Origin: an uncultured delta proteobacterium
Lineage (GTDB): Bacteria; Desulfobacterota; Desulfobacteria; Desulfobacterales; Desulfosalsimonadaceae
Assembly: GCA_963826785.1 (NCBI GenBank)
Contig: CAWGYD010000005.1
Span: forward strand, 224,001-288,000
Direction: 5' to 3'
DNA: 64,000 nt
Made by a program: the position numbers and the translations under genes
Shown here: positions 10,339 to 25,052 of the stretch, in pieces
Layout: every line of letters begins with the position of its first letter
Numbering within the stretch: the stretch's first letter is position 1
The notes under the pieces: generated by a model
Told to the model about the DNA's origin: nothing
Database searches by the model: none
Seen by the model: only the letters and a program-made list of their open reading frames with translations

Positions 10339-11879
10339 CCCACAATGCGGTAGATGATTCCTCTTCCCTGGACGAGCAGGATGTGCTGGTTCAGGCCCGG
10401 GCCGTGCAGGAGGCGTTGAACTGCCTGGGCCATTCGTCATGCCTGCTGCCCTGCAGCCTGGATCTGGCGGCCTTCAAGCGCGAATTGGCGCAGTGGCGGC
10501 CCGACCTGGTGTTCAACCTGGTGGAATCCCTGGACGGCCGGGGGCAGCTGATTGACTTCGTCCCTTCCATGCTCGACTGCATGGGCGTCCCGTACACGGG
10601 AGCCTCTGCCGCATCCATCCATTTGACTTCCGGCAAGGCCCAGGCCAAGGCCCGTATGCGCGGCGCCGGCCTGCCCACGGCAGAGTGGGTCGGCCCTTTT
10701 CCGAAGGATGCCTGGTCGGTTCGGGATCTGCCGGTCTCCGCTTTTCCAGGGGTTTTTATCATCAAATCCGTGTGGGAGCATGCCTCCTTTGGATTGGCCG
10801 GAGACGGCCTGGTTGAAGCAGAATCCATGGATGACCTGGCAGCGGCATTGCAATCGCGGGCACCGATTCTGGGCGGCGCCTGTTTTGCCGAGCGGTACAT
10901 TGAAGGAAGGGAATTTAATCTTGCCCTCCTGGCCGAACCGGATGGCGTACAGGTCCTGCCGCCGGCGGAGATCATTTTTGAGGGATACGGCCCGGACCGG
11001 GTCCGCATCGTCGATTACCGGGCCAAGTGGGAGGCCGACTCCTATGAATACAGCCACACCCCCAGAAGGTTTGATTTTCCCGAAACGGAAGCCGCTCTGC
11101 TGACCGCATTGACCGAAGCCGCGCTTAGCTGCTGGCGGGTCTTTGATTTGAAGGGGTATGCCCGGGTGGATTTCCGGGTGGATGCCGACGGCCGGATTTT
11201 CATCCTGGAAGTCAACACCAATCCCTGTCTTTCCCCTGATGCCGGGTTTGCCGCCGCCCTGGACCGCGCCGGCATCCCTTTCGAATCCGCCGTCAGCCGC
11301 ATCATCGAGGATGCGCGCCGGCCGAAAGGCTTTGGAGGGGGATTTCCTGAAAAGCATTGTGCGCCAAATGACGAAATCGCCCCGGCCGGTAATCCACCCG
11401 GCCTGAACTTCCGTTACGCGCCGGACCCGCAGGATGCGGCGGTGGTCCGCCAAATCATCGAAGAGACCGGTTTTTTCCGGCCGGATGAAGTGGCGGTGGC
11501 GGTGGAACTGGTGGAGGACCGGCTTTTAAAGGGTCCCGCAAGCGATTACGATTTCGTCTTTCTGGAAGAAGCGGGCCGGGTGGCCGGATATTCCTGTTTC
11601 GGCAAAATCCCCTGCACCGTGGACAGCTACGATCTCTACTGGATCGCCGTGCGCCCGGAACTCCAGAAAAGCGGCCTGGGACGAAAAATCATGGTCGAAA
11701 CCGAGCGGCTGATCCGAAAGCGCGGCGGGAATCGAATCTATATCGATACCTCCCAATCCGAAAAATACGAGACCACCCAGGCGTTCTACGAAAGATGCGG
11801 ATACAGGGTGGAAGCGGTTCTGCCCGATTTCTACATGCCGGGGGATGGAAAAGTCATCTACTGCCGCCGGCTTTCATGA
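10323..11879 (+). CDS. D-Ala-D-Ala ligase-like ATP-grasp enzyme 2 fused to a GNAT acetyltransferase
   Basis: GREFN, YARVDFR and LEVNTNP; C-terminal GNAT motif QKSGLG and FYERCGY. Confidence 0.88.
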   Translation: MRIVIAHNAVDDSSSLDEQDVLVQARAVQEALNCLGHSSCLLPCSLDLAAFKRELAQWRPDLVFNLVESLDGRGQLIDFVPSMLDCMGVPYTGASAASIHLTSGKAQAKARMRGAGLPTAEWVGPFPKDAWSVRDLPVSAFPGVFIIKSVWEHASFGLAGDGLVEAESMDDLAAALQSRAPILGGACFAERYIEGREFNLALLAEPDGVQVLPPAEIIFEGYGPDRVRIVDYRAKWEADSYEYSHTPRRFDFPETEAALLTALTEAALSCWRVFDLKGYARVDFRVDADGRIFILEVNTNPCLSPDAGFAAALDRAGIPFESAVSRIIEDARRPKGFGGGFPEKHCAPNDEIAPAGNPPGLNFRYAPDPQDAAVVRQIIEETGFFRPDEVAVAVELVEDRLLKGPASDYDFVFLEEAGRVAGYSCFGKIPCTVDSYDLYWIAVRPELQKSGLGRKIMVETERLIRKRGGNRIYIDTSQSEKYETTQAFYERCGYRVEAVLPDFYMPGDGKVIYCRRLS

Positions 11880-11896
11880 AAGGAAATGGACCCGGC

Positions 11897-12050
11897 GACA
11901 CCCCCCTGGCCCCCCTCAAGGGGGGAATACCCTTGGGTGGTTTTGCGATTTTAAATTAGATCCGCCTCAACAGATTACTGATTCTCTATCTTATTTTTCC
12001 CTTGGAGGCACAAAACAAATTCCCCCCTTGAGGGGGGCCAAGGGGGGTGT
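11897..12050. repeat. inverted pair of C/G-run hairpin repeats (family C)
   Basis: ACACCCCCCTGGCCCCCCTCAAGGGGGGAAT and its near reverse complement between convergent genes. Confidence 0.8.
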
Positions 12051-12078
12051 TTCGCTTCGCCGCCCCCCTCCGCCTTCA

Positions 12079-13803
12079 TCATTCCGAATTTTTTCTGCGT
12101 TTCCCCGGCGGTTTCCCCTTTTCGCCCACCACCACCTTCTTCTGCGCTTCCTTGTTCTTGAGCCCTTTTTCCACATACAGCGGTTCATCGTTCACCAGGT
12201 CGGACCCGGTGTGATACATGGCCGAGGCTACGGTCGACGGTCCCGGGGTGAAAATCTGGATCTGTTCGGGCGTGAATTTGAAATTTTTGCGGATAAACGA
12301 TTTGAGCGCCCGCATGTCGTCCATGGTGCATCCGGGGTAGGCGGCGATGAAATAGCAGGTTAAAAACTGCTTTTTGCCAAGCGCCCGGTTGGTCCGGTCA
12401 TACAGGGCAATGAATTTTTCGGTGAATTCGCCCCCGGGCTTGCCCATCAGTTTCAGGACATGATCTTCCGAATGCTCGGGCGCGATCTTGAGCTGTCCCG
12501 AGATATGGTGGGATGCTATTTCCTCCAGGTATTTTTCTCCCCATTTCCGGTCCTGCAGCACCAGGTCGTGCCGGACCCCGGACCCGATGAACACTCGCCG
12601 GATTCCCGGAACATTTCGAATGCGGCGCAGCAGCTCGATCTGCCGCTCATGGCTGATTCCCAGCCGGCTGCAGGCGGCCGGCACCAGGCATCGCTTGTGG
12701 GCGCACAGCCCCTTTTCGCTTTTGCGGCCGCAGGCCATGCCATACATGTTGGCCGTGGGTCCGCCCATGTCGGTGATGATTCCCTTGAAATCCGGGTGTT
12801 GGGTTATTTTTTTCGCCTCCCGGAGAATGGAGGCTTCGCTCCGGCTGATGACGGCTTTTCCTTCATGAACGGCGATTGCGCAGAAATTGCATTCCCCGAA
12901 GCACCCCCGGTGGGTGGTGAGGGAAAACCGGATGGTTTCCATCGCCCGGACCGGACCCTGGGCCTGGTGGACGGGATGGACCGCCCGCTCGTAATCGAGT
13001 TCAAAAATGCGGTCGAGATCCTCGGGCGAAGGAGGAAACTGCGGCGGGTGATGGACCAGGTAGCGGGTGTCCTGCAGCTGGCACATGCCTTTTGCGGTAA
13101 ACGGGTCATTGTTTTGATAAAACGTCTGAAACATTTTCTCAAACGCATGCGTATCGCCTGCGGCCTCCGCATGGGACGGCAGCACCAGGTAGCCGTCCGG
13201 CGCTTCTTTGGCCGCATGGCAGGTTCCCCGGATGCCGGTGAGCGATTCACCCCTTTTGATCCGCGAAGCGATTTCCAGAATGGTCTTTTCCCCCATGCCG
13301 TAGACCAGCAGGTCGGCTTTGGCGTCAAAAAGGACCGAGCGCCGCACGCTGTCCGACCAGTAGTCGTAATGGGAGATGCGCCGCAGGCTGGCCTCCATGC
13401 CGCCGAGCACGATGGGGCGAGTGCTTTTGAAATGCCTTCGGATCAGGTTGGCATAGGCGATCACGGCCCGGTCCGGCCGCCGGTTGTTCTGCCCGCCGGC
13501 GGTGAGGTCGTCTGATTTTCGCGGCTTCATCGTGGCAGTGGTGTTGGCGATCATGGAGTCCATGCATCCGCCGGTCACGCCCCAGAAAAGGGCTGGTTCA
13601 CCCAGGCGGGTGATATCGGTATCCGATGACATGTCCGGCTGGGCGATGATCCCCACCCGGTACCCGGCGGCCGCCAGGGTTTTGCCGATCACGGCCACCC
13701 CGATGTGGGGAGAATCGATGTAGCTGTCCCCGGTGACCAGGATCACATCCGGATTCGGCCATCCCAGGGCATCCATTTCTTTTCGGGTTGCGGGTAGAAA
13801 CAT
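12079..13803 (-). CDS. YgiQ/UPF0313-family radical SAM protein
   Basis: MFLPAT, GDSYIDSP, RGCFGECNFC and APEH motifs. Confidence 0.9.
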   Translation of the reverse strand: MFLPATRKEMDALGWPNPDVILVTGDSYIDSPHIGVAVIGKTLAAAGYRVGIIAQPDMSSDTDITRLGEPALFWGVTGGCMDSMIANTTATMKPRKSDDLTAGGQNNRRPDRAVIAYANLIRRHFKSTRPIVLGGMEASLRRISHYDYWSDSVRRSVLFDAKADLLVYGMGEKTILEIASRIKRGESLTGIRGTCHAAKEAPDGYLVLPSHAEAAGDTHAFEKMFQTFYQNNDPFTAKGMCQLQDTRYLVHHPPQFPPSPEDLDRIFELDYERAVHPVHQAQGPVRAMETIRFSLTTHRGCFGECNFCAIAVHEGKAVISRSEASILREAKKITQHPDFKGIITDMGGPTANMYGMACGRKSEKGLCAHKRCLVPAACSRLGISHERQIELLRRIRNVPGIRRVFIGSGVRHDLVLQDRKWGEKYLEEIASHHISGQLKIAPEHSEDHVLKLMGKPGGEFTEKFIALYDRTNRALGKKQFLTCYFIAAYPGCTMDDMRALKSFIRKNFKFTPEQIQIFTPGPSTVASAMYHTGSDLVNDEPLYVEKGLKNKEAQKKVVVGEKGKPPGKRRKNSE

Positions 13804-13907
13804 GTTGGCGTAAACGTATAATGATTGAGTAAATGGGGTTTGCCAGAAAGTAACACCGGAAATGGCATTTTAAAGGCGAAAAGTCCAGGTGAAAGGTTGA
13901 AAATCAC

Positions 13908-15408
13908 ATGATTTCCGATAACACGCCGGTAATCGCAGGCGTCTGCCAGTATACCCAGCCGAAGGAGACACCGGATCCCCTCGATCCCCTCCATCTCATG
14001 GCCGGATCCGGCGCGGGGGCCATCGCCGATGCGGGGGTCTCCCGTATGGCGGAAAAGGTGGATGCGCTCTTTGTGGTCAACCTTTTTTCCTGGTCGTACC
14101 GGGATGTCTGCACCGACTTGTCCCGGCTGCTGAAAATTCATCCCGGTCATCGGCACTATTCCGACCTGGGGGGAAACAGCCCCCAGGCACTGGTCGGCAA
14201 GGCCGCTGCCGGCATTGCCCAGGGCCGATACCGCGCGGTGCTCATCGCCGGGGCGGAAGCCGGAAACGCCATCCGCCGTGCGGGCAAGGGGCAGATCGAA
14301 CTGAACTGGCCGGAAAAGCAACCGGCCGGGCAGTCACGCTGAAAATTCCCGGCCGCCGTTCACCTCCTATGAGATGACCTATGACATTTTCGCGCCGGCC
14401 CATACCTATGCCTTCTTCGAAAATGCCATGCGCGGCGCCATGGGATGGTCCATGGATGCGCACCGCTTCATATCGGGGCGCGTTTGCGAAAAACTCTCCG
14501 CCATTGCCGCGGCCAATCCCCATGCGTGGTCCCGGGAAATAAAAACAACGGAACAGATCATCACCCCGGCGCCGAACAATCGCATGGTGGCATTTCCCTA
14601 CACCCTGCGCATGAACGCCAACATCCATGTGGACATGACCGCCGCCATTCTGCTGACCAGCGCAAAAGAAGCGCGGGCCGCCGGAATTGCCGAAGAGAAA
14701 TGGGTTTACCCCATGGGGAGCGCGGGCCTAAACAACATCTGGAATGTGGCCCGGCGGCCGGCCCTCCATGATTCGCCGGCCATGGGGGCCTGCGCCCGGC
14801 TGGCCCTGGACCAGGCCGGGTGCAGTGTCGATGACATCGACTTTTTTGATTTTTACAGCTGTTTTCCCTGGGCCGTGGAGGCGGCCTGCCTGGAACTGGG
14901 TATCGGCATAGACGATCCCCGTGATTTTACCGTGACCGGCGGCCTGCCGTATTTCGGCGGCCCGGGCAACAACTACACCCTGCACGCCATTGCCGAAGTG
15001 GTGGAGCGCATCCGGAAAGACCGGTCCCGAAAAGCCCTGGTCACCGCCATGGGATGGTTCAACACCAAGCTTGCGGCAGGAATTTACGGAGGTGAACCCT
15101 CCGCCCGGGGCTGGACGGAAAGAGACGATTCTTCCCTGCAGGCGGATTTGCAGCAATCCGAACTCCCGCCGCCCGAAGAGAAGCCGGAAGGGCCGATGAC
15201 CGTGGAAACCTATATCATCTGCCACGACCGCACCGGCGCCCCACAGCACGGCACCGTCATCGGCCGCCTGCAAGACGGCCGCCGGGCCATGGCCTTCATG
15301 GATGCCGATCCCGGGCGGCTTTCGGAACTGGAACGAATCGAACTGATCGGGGCAAAGGGGAGGGCGCACCATGACCTGAACAGCGGCAAAAACTGGTTTT
15401 GCCTGTAA
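13908..15408 (+). CDS. thiolase-like acetyl-CoA acetyltransferase family protein (frameshift near 14340)
   Basis: GGNSPQ in the first ORF; DFYSCFP and TVTGGLPYFGGPGNNY in the second. Confidence 0.8.
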
Positions 15409-15486
15409 CCGGAATCGAGGCGGAAATCAGGGAGGGCGCCAGAATTGTAAAGAGGCTTCCACCTCGTGTCCGGGGTTCCTGATTCT

Positions 15487-16245
15487 TCATATCTTTTTCA
15501 ATTTCAGGTTGACCTTGCGCACGTGCGGTTTGAATGACCGCATCCCGCCGCCGCAGCTGACCACCTTCAGCACCGCCTCGGGATCGTTGACCGCTACACC
15601 CGACAGACACGTCACGGGCGTGTCTTGAAATATCTCCGGCAGAAGAGGCGTCGATGCGCCCAGGATGACAACTTCCCGGCAGTTTTTCGCCGCTGTCATC
15701 AGATCATCGATGGTTCCGTTGATGATGGAAGTGGCCGTGATCAGGGCCACCTGGCAATCCGGCAAAAGGTCTCCGATCCGGCTTGCGGGCAGCAGATCAC
15801 CTCTGGGCCGGTCGATCTGCTCAAAGATCAGCAGTTCTCCGGCTTTTTCCTTGAGTTCCGCCACCATGGGGGCAAAATGGCCAACCATTCCCACCCGGTC
15901 GTCCGGTCGGACATCTGCCACCGCCGCCCTCGACCCCGACAGGACATGTTTTGCAGGCGGACGGATGATGGCATTGGCCGCGGCCAGAGCCACGGAGACG
16001 GCCACGTGGTTGTCCGAAGACATCAGCCCGATCAGGTCCCGGACATACTTGACGCCCGTCAGAGTCCGGCTGTCAAACCGGTCGCAATGGGCGGGCAGAT
16101 CCTTCAACAGCGTGGCCGCAAGGCCGACCCGGCCGTCTTCGGTCAACACCGCCGTGTATCCCAGCCCGATGCGGATGTCCCGGACCTCGAATTATCGCAT
16201 GCGGTCGCAAGATGTTTTTTGATCTTTTGCCTTCACAATCTGCAT
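15487..16245 (-). CDS. DUF364 (Rossmann-like) domain protein, 5' end frameshifted
   Basis: VGMVGHFAP, ITATSIINGT and LGASTP motifs; IGLGYTAV upstream; start approximate. Confidence 0.7.
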
Positions 16246-16342
16246 ATTCGTATTCCAGGCCAAGAGATTGATATCTTATCACCGCAGCCTTAATGTCCTA
16301 ACGTCTGGAGCGTTGGCGTATCAAACGCAAGTATCAAACTTT

Positions 16343-16471
16343 TGATGCATCGTAAAAGTCGGGAATTTCCTTACACGTCGATTCCGGAGAAGGTCAGAAT
16401 AGTTTTTTCAAGTGGATATGATAAATGTCTGCGCTGGGGCGACGAACTTCAAGCTTTTAACGGGTCCATCA
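16343..16471. repeat. family A miniature element, degenerate copy
   Basis: TGATGCATCGTAAAAGTCGGGAATTTCC ... GACGAACTT ... CCATCA, colinear with 3379-3511. Confidence 0.7.
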
Positions 16472-16548
16472 ATTATAATCTTTTAGTGCACTAACGCAAA
16501 AATGATAATAGTTTCGGATAGGTAAATATTCCGATTGAACTCTGATTC

Positions 16549-17582
16549 ATGCATGCGGAGATTCCTATGTCCGGAGTAATCATTTACGAGCGGTTTACAT
16601 GGTTTCACAATCAGGTGAAGGCCGGAAGGTATCCCAATACACGGCATCTTTCCGAACGTTTCGAAATCTCCCGCCGTACGGCCAAGCGCAATATCGAATT
16701 CATGAAAGATCGGCTGGAGGCCCCCCTCGATATGATCATGCTCATCGCGGATATTTCTTACGGCAATGACGCGTTTGAATTACCCCATCTGCCGGTGACC
16801 CCGAAGAAGTGCTTGCGGTACTGATCGCCCGGCGTTTGTTGTCGAATACGGCAGGGGGATTCATCAGCAACGCCATGCGCCGGTTCGGCCGCAAACTGTT
16901 GAACCACGCAGTCGGTTTCGGCCTGGAAGCCCAGATCGCCTGGAACAGATTTTTTCCGCCACATGGCATGGGTTTTCCCCGGTGCCTTCGGATATTTTTC
17001 ATGTGGTCACCCGATCTCTTCTCGAACAAAAGCTCATAGAGTTCACTTATCATTCTCCTGCTATCAGAATCAACAACTCGCCGGACTGTTGAGCCCCACC
17101 ACTTACAGCATTATATGGCATCTTGGGTATTGATCGCCAAGTGCAGGCTCCGAAACCAATGGCGAAAATTTTACCTTGCACGGATGAGCAACTGGAAACT
17201 GCTTGATGAGATTTTCCAACCCAAGCCCACTGGAGGAATGGCAGAGCCAACTGAAAGGCGCTTTCGGAATATTTCAGGGGGGTCGCCTGCTTGCCCGTTA
17301 TTCTGCGTTTCAATCCATTTCAGGGCAAAATGGATCCGAGAACAGCAATGGCATTCCGAGCAGTCTTTTCAAGAGATCCCCGGCGGCGGAGTAGAACTTT
17401 GCATTCCCGTGGCGGATTTTCGTGAAGTCAAAATGATGATCCTCCAGTTCGGTGCCGATGTCGAAGTGATCGCCCCGGATGCCCTCCGCCTGGAAGTGGC
17501 TGAGGAAATCCGGAAAATGGACAGAATTTACGGCATTGAAAACTCAGCTGAAAACATGGGTAAAGCCCATAGTGATTTGTGA
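16549..17582 (+). pseudogene. HTH-WYL-WCX transcriptional regulator, multiply frameshifted
   Basis: N-terminal HTH (LSERFEISRRTAKRNIEFMKD), WYL segment (WVLIAKCRLRNQWRKFYLARM) and WCX tail (ILQFGADVEVIAPDALR) in different frames. Confidence 0.8.
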
Positions 17583-17606
17583 AATCTGGCCTTACAGAGG
17601 CCATTT

Positions 17607-17646
17607 TTAAAGTCCCCCTTTTAAAAGGGGGATTCAGGGGGATTTT
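17607..17646. repeat. C/G-run hairpin repeat (family C variant)
   Basis: AAGTCCCCCTTTTAAAAGGGGGATTCAGGGGGATTT, similar to 43895-43931. Confidence 0.7.
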
Positions 17647-17721
17647 CTTTCTCAACTCCCTTTGTCCCGATGTCGTTAATCAGAATAATTATATCAATCG
17701 AAACCCTTTTTTTTCACATGT

Positions 17722-17738
17722 GGGCCATGGAATGTCAC
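17722..17738. promoter_or_regulatory. possible WYL-regulator operator (imperfect GTGACA-N5-TGTCAC palindrome)
   Basis: GGGCCAtggaaTGTCAC just upstream of a TGTATAAG -10-like box, ahead of the HIRAN/cas genes. Confidence 0.3.
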
Positions 17739-17812
17739 CCCAGAGATTGTATAAGGGTATTCAGCATAATCTAAAATCCCAGAGTCCGTCCTCCAAAATG
17801 TGAAGGCGAGAA

Positions 17813-18207
17813 ATGAATCTCTCCAGGCGATCGATATTAAAAAATCATTCCCGCTTTCTACACAACCTCCCCGGCCTCTCCCCGCAAGGTGGAGGACGGC
17901 AAACCAGAAACCCGGGATCTGTTGCTCGACCGGCTTTTATATCGAGGGTTCCAGTTTTATAAAAGCCCCAATCTCGTGAGCCGCCTCAATGCGGGACTGC
18001 GTTCATCTTGCGGGTCGACCCCGCAAATGTATATGTGGAAATCCTTATCGACAACATCAAACTCGGCTTCGTCCCGCGGACGGAGAACAAGCACATCAGC
18101 CGGTTGCTGGGACAGGGTGCACAACTGACAAGCCGAGCAGTCGAAGTCGATCCGGGAGAGAGGATGTAGATGGTGAGGGTGGAGGTTGGGTTGACAATAG
18201 TGTTTAG
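17813..18207 (+). pseudogene. HIRAN-domain protein, frameshifted or degraded
   Basis: Manual translation: GFQFY..LNAG / FILRVDPANVYVEILIDNIKLGFVPRTENKHISRLLGQGAQL; N-terminus MNLSRRSILK. Confidence 0.7.
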
Positions 18208-18257
18208 AACAGGGACTTATTCAATTAAATTCCAAAATTATTGAAAGGAAAAAGACC

Positions 18258-19544
18258 ATGTCCGACAGTTTGACTCTTGAAATCTTAAAGCGGGCAGTGG
18301 CCGGCAAGGCCGCGGCTTTCCGTTGCATCACCGAGTATCAGCCAGCCGGAGGACCGGGGGACAAGATTTTTCCGCCAACTTACGAGGGAGGCAAATACGC
18401 CGTGGAAACACGCATGCTCGATGGGGAAGCCGTGGAATGCGTATTGCTTGATTCAGTACAGTCCCAGGCCAACCGGATGGAATTGGCACTTCTGGAAGCC
18501 TTTCGTTCGAAGCGTATTGATCTGCCGATCATCGAAACCCGTTTTAATGATGACCGTCTTTTGAAAAAATTCACGGTAACTCAGTCTTGAAGCGCCCCAT
18601 CGGATAGCGGATGCAATTTTCAGGGACAGTCAGATCGAAGAAAACGAGAACAAAATTATGTTCCGCAAATCAAAAAAAGGAAGAATCCTCGATTCTGCCG
18701 ATGTGCGGAACGCTACAGGGTTGTTTGGACTCTGCCCGACTGCCTTGGTTTTTGGAGTATGGGATTCAACCGGGCCGCGCGGAGGGCTAGGGGCCAAGAT
18801 CCAGAGAGCAATCGTGTCGGAGATCATCGGTATTTATGCCCAAGCAGGCAGGAAGACGAGCAGCCGGATCGACCCGCTCCAAGTGCGTTTGGATGCTGGA
18901 CCGCTTTATGCGCGTGCCGAAAAGAATGGCCACGATCCGGATTGGACCATCAACAAGGAATTGGCGGAGCAAATCCGGTAAAGATCGGTAAAAAGAAGGA
19001 TGGCAAACCCTCGGAAGCCAATCATAGTAATATCCCTCCGCATATCACGGACGGCGGATTTACTATCCGCAATGCTATACAGACGACCGTTCTTTCGCTG
19101 GCGGCGATTCGACGACTTCGATTCCCCCTGAACGGTCAGGGTGACTCGGATCTGGAGGTCGATATTGACGCCAGGACAGTTTTGGCGGCGCTCGGACTGC
19201 TTGCCGCCGTCATTGCCCGCGAGGAAGGCGCGGACCTGCGGTCAAGATGCCAACTTATCCCCACTGAGGATTTTGAATCGGAATTATTGGGGCAGCCGGG
19301 AAGCGATCCGAAAAAGTACAAAGTTGATGCCCAAACGGCCATCTCACTGTTCAATCAGGCCGTTGAACATGCCAAGGGAAAAAAGCTGCCGTGGGAAAGC
19401 GAAGTTATCCTGACTCCCCATACCGACTTGATCACACTGGTAAGCCGCAGCCAGCAAAAGGAAGCCAACAGCGAAGAAGAGGAAAGTGATGATGTTCGCC
19501 TTATGCATCAATTACCTGAATGGCTGGGTAATGGCGGCTGTTGA
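18258..19544 (+). CDS. csb1: type I-G Cas7-like backbone Csb1 (frameshifted)
   Basis: PAGGPGDKIFPPTY, LLDSVQSQANRME, PTALVFGVWDS and LRSRCQL across three frames. Confidence 0.9.
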
Positions 19545-21184
19545 TGGCGCCAGAAAAGAACGTGCTGAATGGCCACCTCACCCGGACCGTGTTTTTATGG
19601 CAATGTCTGCCGCCTGGTTTGAAACCGGGCAGGTTGACCGGGAGAAAGATGCTCTCGAATGGCTTGAAAAACTTCCGCCGCCCGAAATTGCTGCTACTGA
19701 TGCCGAATTCCGCCGAGATTTTTCAGGCGGGATTCCGGAAACCAGCTATGTCCCGGTTAACGATCCGGCTCTGAGCAAAAGGCTTCCAGAAACCAGCCAA
19801 TTTACAAAACTCAAGGAAGCAGGGCTCTGCCTTCTTCCAGATTTCAGACCCCGACAACCCCGTAAATTTCCCGTGGCCATACCTCATATCCCGATAGTCC
19901 ATATGATATGGAAGAAAAAACTCCCACCGGAATACAAGGACTCTCTATCATCTTTGTGCAGCAAGGTCGTTTCCATCGGGCATTCCGCCTCCTTGGTCCA
20001 GATGTGGCTCACGGAAAACCCGCCCACCCCCAACTTGGTCCCTGTGACCGGTTTGGCAATGCATCGTTTACGTGTTTTCAGTTCAGGCAGGCTCGAATAC
20101 CTGAAAATCCGTTGCAATCGGGAAGAAGTGATCCGGCACAGGGATCTGAATGCCGCCCAGGCGAATCTTGAGGAACAGAAAAAGGAAATCGATCAAAAAA
20201 GGAAGACTGCAATCAAAGGACTGAAAGGGACGGATAAAAAGATGGCGGAGGAACCTTATGTCCGGGATTTAGAAGCAATTGATAGCTCCCTTAAAAAATG
20301 CAAGTCAGAACTCGAAAGTTTCGGAGGCAAAGTTCCCAACAATTTATGGCCGGAACCTGGATTATGGCAGGGGTATGGCCGTCCACGGCCGTCGACCGGT
20401 CAGTCAATCCGGAAGTCTTTTTGACGAGCGGCTGATTATCATGAGCATTAATGGGAAGCGGTTGCATCTGACTTCGACCCTCAAGCTGACGGAAGCGATC
20501 CGCGGTGCATTGCTTTCCGCCTGCTCCGAACCGATTCCGGAATGGATTTCAGGACATCAGCCGGGCGGGACCCGGTCGCTCGATCCGCATATTGCGAACA
20601 TCCCCCTTCCTTTCGTGGGGCCGGCCCGATCGTGCGGACGGCCGGATCATGGGCGCCGCCCTGGCGCTGCCCAGAATGATCGATAAAAAAGAAGCCGGAA
20701 GAATTCTCGATCCTGGCTCAGGGACGAAAACGGGTTGCCTCGCCGGATCCGCCTTTTTGATGGGCAATGGCTGGAATGCGTAATGGAGCTCGAAACCCGC
20801 GAAACACCGCCTTGGAGCCTGCAAAGTGAACAATGGATCCAAGCGTCACGGATTTCGGGCGAGCATCACCCCGATTGTGCTGGATCGGCATTTTGATGGC
20901 AAGGACAAGTGGGAAAAGGCTGCCGAGGTCGTCAAAAACGCTTGTGAACGGATCGGCCTCCCCCGGCCGTAACGGGTGCTGCTGCACCCGGTGTCACTCG
21001 TGGAAGGTGCGCCACATTCTTGGGAATTTCAGCCCTTAAAGCGAAAGTCCGACAATGGGAGGATGCATCATTGCCATGGCGTGATCTTTTTTCCCGAGCC
21101 GGTGAGTGGCCCGGTTCTATTGGGGGCGGGCCGATTCAGGGGCTATGGGCTTTGCAGGCCGATGGAGCAGGGAGGTATTCAGCA

Positions 21185-21188
<4 letters not shown>
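19486..21188 (+). CDS. csb2: type I-G Csb2 (Cas5/Cas6 fusion), frameshifted
   Basis: EWPPHPDRVF near the N-terminus; C-terminal GPVLLGAGRFRGYGLCRP glycine loop. Confidence 0.88.
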
Positions 21189-24130
<2,942 letters not shown>

Positions 24131-24134
<4 letters not shown>

Positions 24135-25052
24135 AGGAGCTTGTTCTGAAAGGAATAGATGGGGCAAACCCGCTGGGGTTTCTTGCGGCAATAGGGACTG
24201 TGATAACGGCTCAGACATTTTCTACTGCAGTTTCAATGGGTTGGCGGAATGAATATGGCGCATGGCGGCCATTCTTATCCGGGTGCGAGGATGATGAAAC
24301 AACATTTACAGAGGCCATTGCCGTTGCTTTGTCCGCAACTTCTGTAGAACCATTCAATATAGATAAAAAATTGCCGTTTTCTGTGAAGCGCCTGGAGGGG
24401 GCACTCAAAAAGTATACAACTAAAAACAGATCCTAAGAACCGCCGTTGCGCCGACCTGCTGGCCGCATTGGGAAGCGAAGCCTGCATGGATAAAAAAAAC
24501 GAAAATTTTCAGGATACTTTTTTCCGAATGGTCAGAAGTGGCGATGCCGCCGGACAAGGCCTTCCACATTATGCGATTTCAATAAGAAACTCTACCGGCG
24601 TCGAGGAGCTTCGCAAGACATTATTTGAATTTTGGGATTACACGGACAGAGGGTTCAGTCTTCGTTGGAATCCTTTGGAAGACCAACGTTATGCCCTTCG
24701 ATGGCATGATCCGAGCAAAAATAAGGATGAATTTGCGCTGGGCACAATGAATGGTGCGAATACTCTCGCGCTTGAGGCATTATCGTTATTTCCTGTAGTG
24801 CCTTTACAGAATGATCTCGCAACAACAGGGTTTTTCAAAGGCAAACAACGACATGTATACTTTACATGGCCGATTTGGGAAGGAGCGGTTTCTGTCGAGA
24901 CCATACGCTCAATTCTCACTTTGCATGACCTCCATGAAGAAACCCCTTCACGGGAAAAAATGCTGGCACGTGGGATAATGGAAGTATTCAGGTGTGAACG
25001 AATTGCGCCAAATCAATATTATTGGAATTTTTCCCCTGCCATGCCGGTTTGA
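24131..25052 (+). CDS. short type I-G large-subunit-like protein (Cas8g2/Csb3-like), frameshifted
   Basis: [16 protein letters not shown]-terminus, LRWNP..DQRYALR and FTWPIW; directly follows cas3. Confidence 0.65.
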
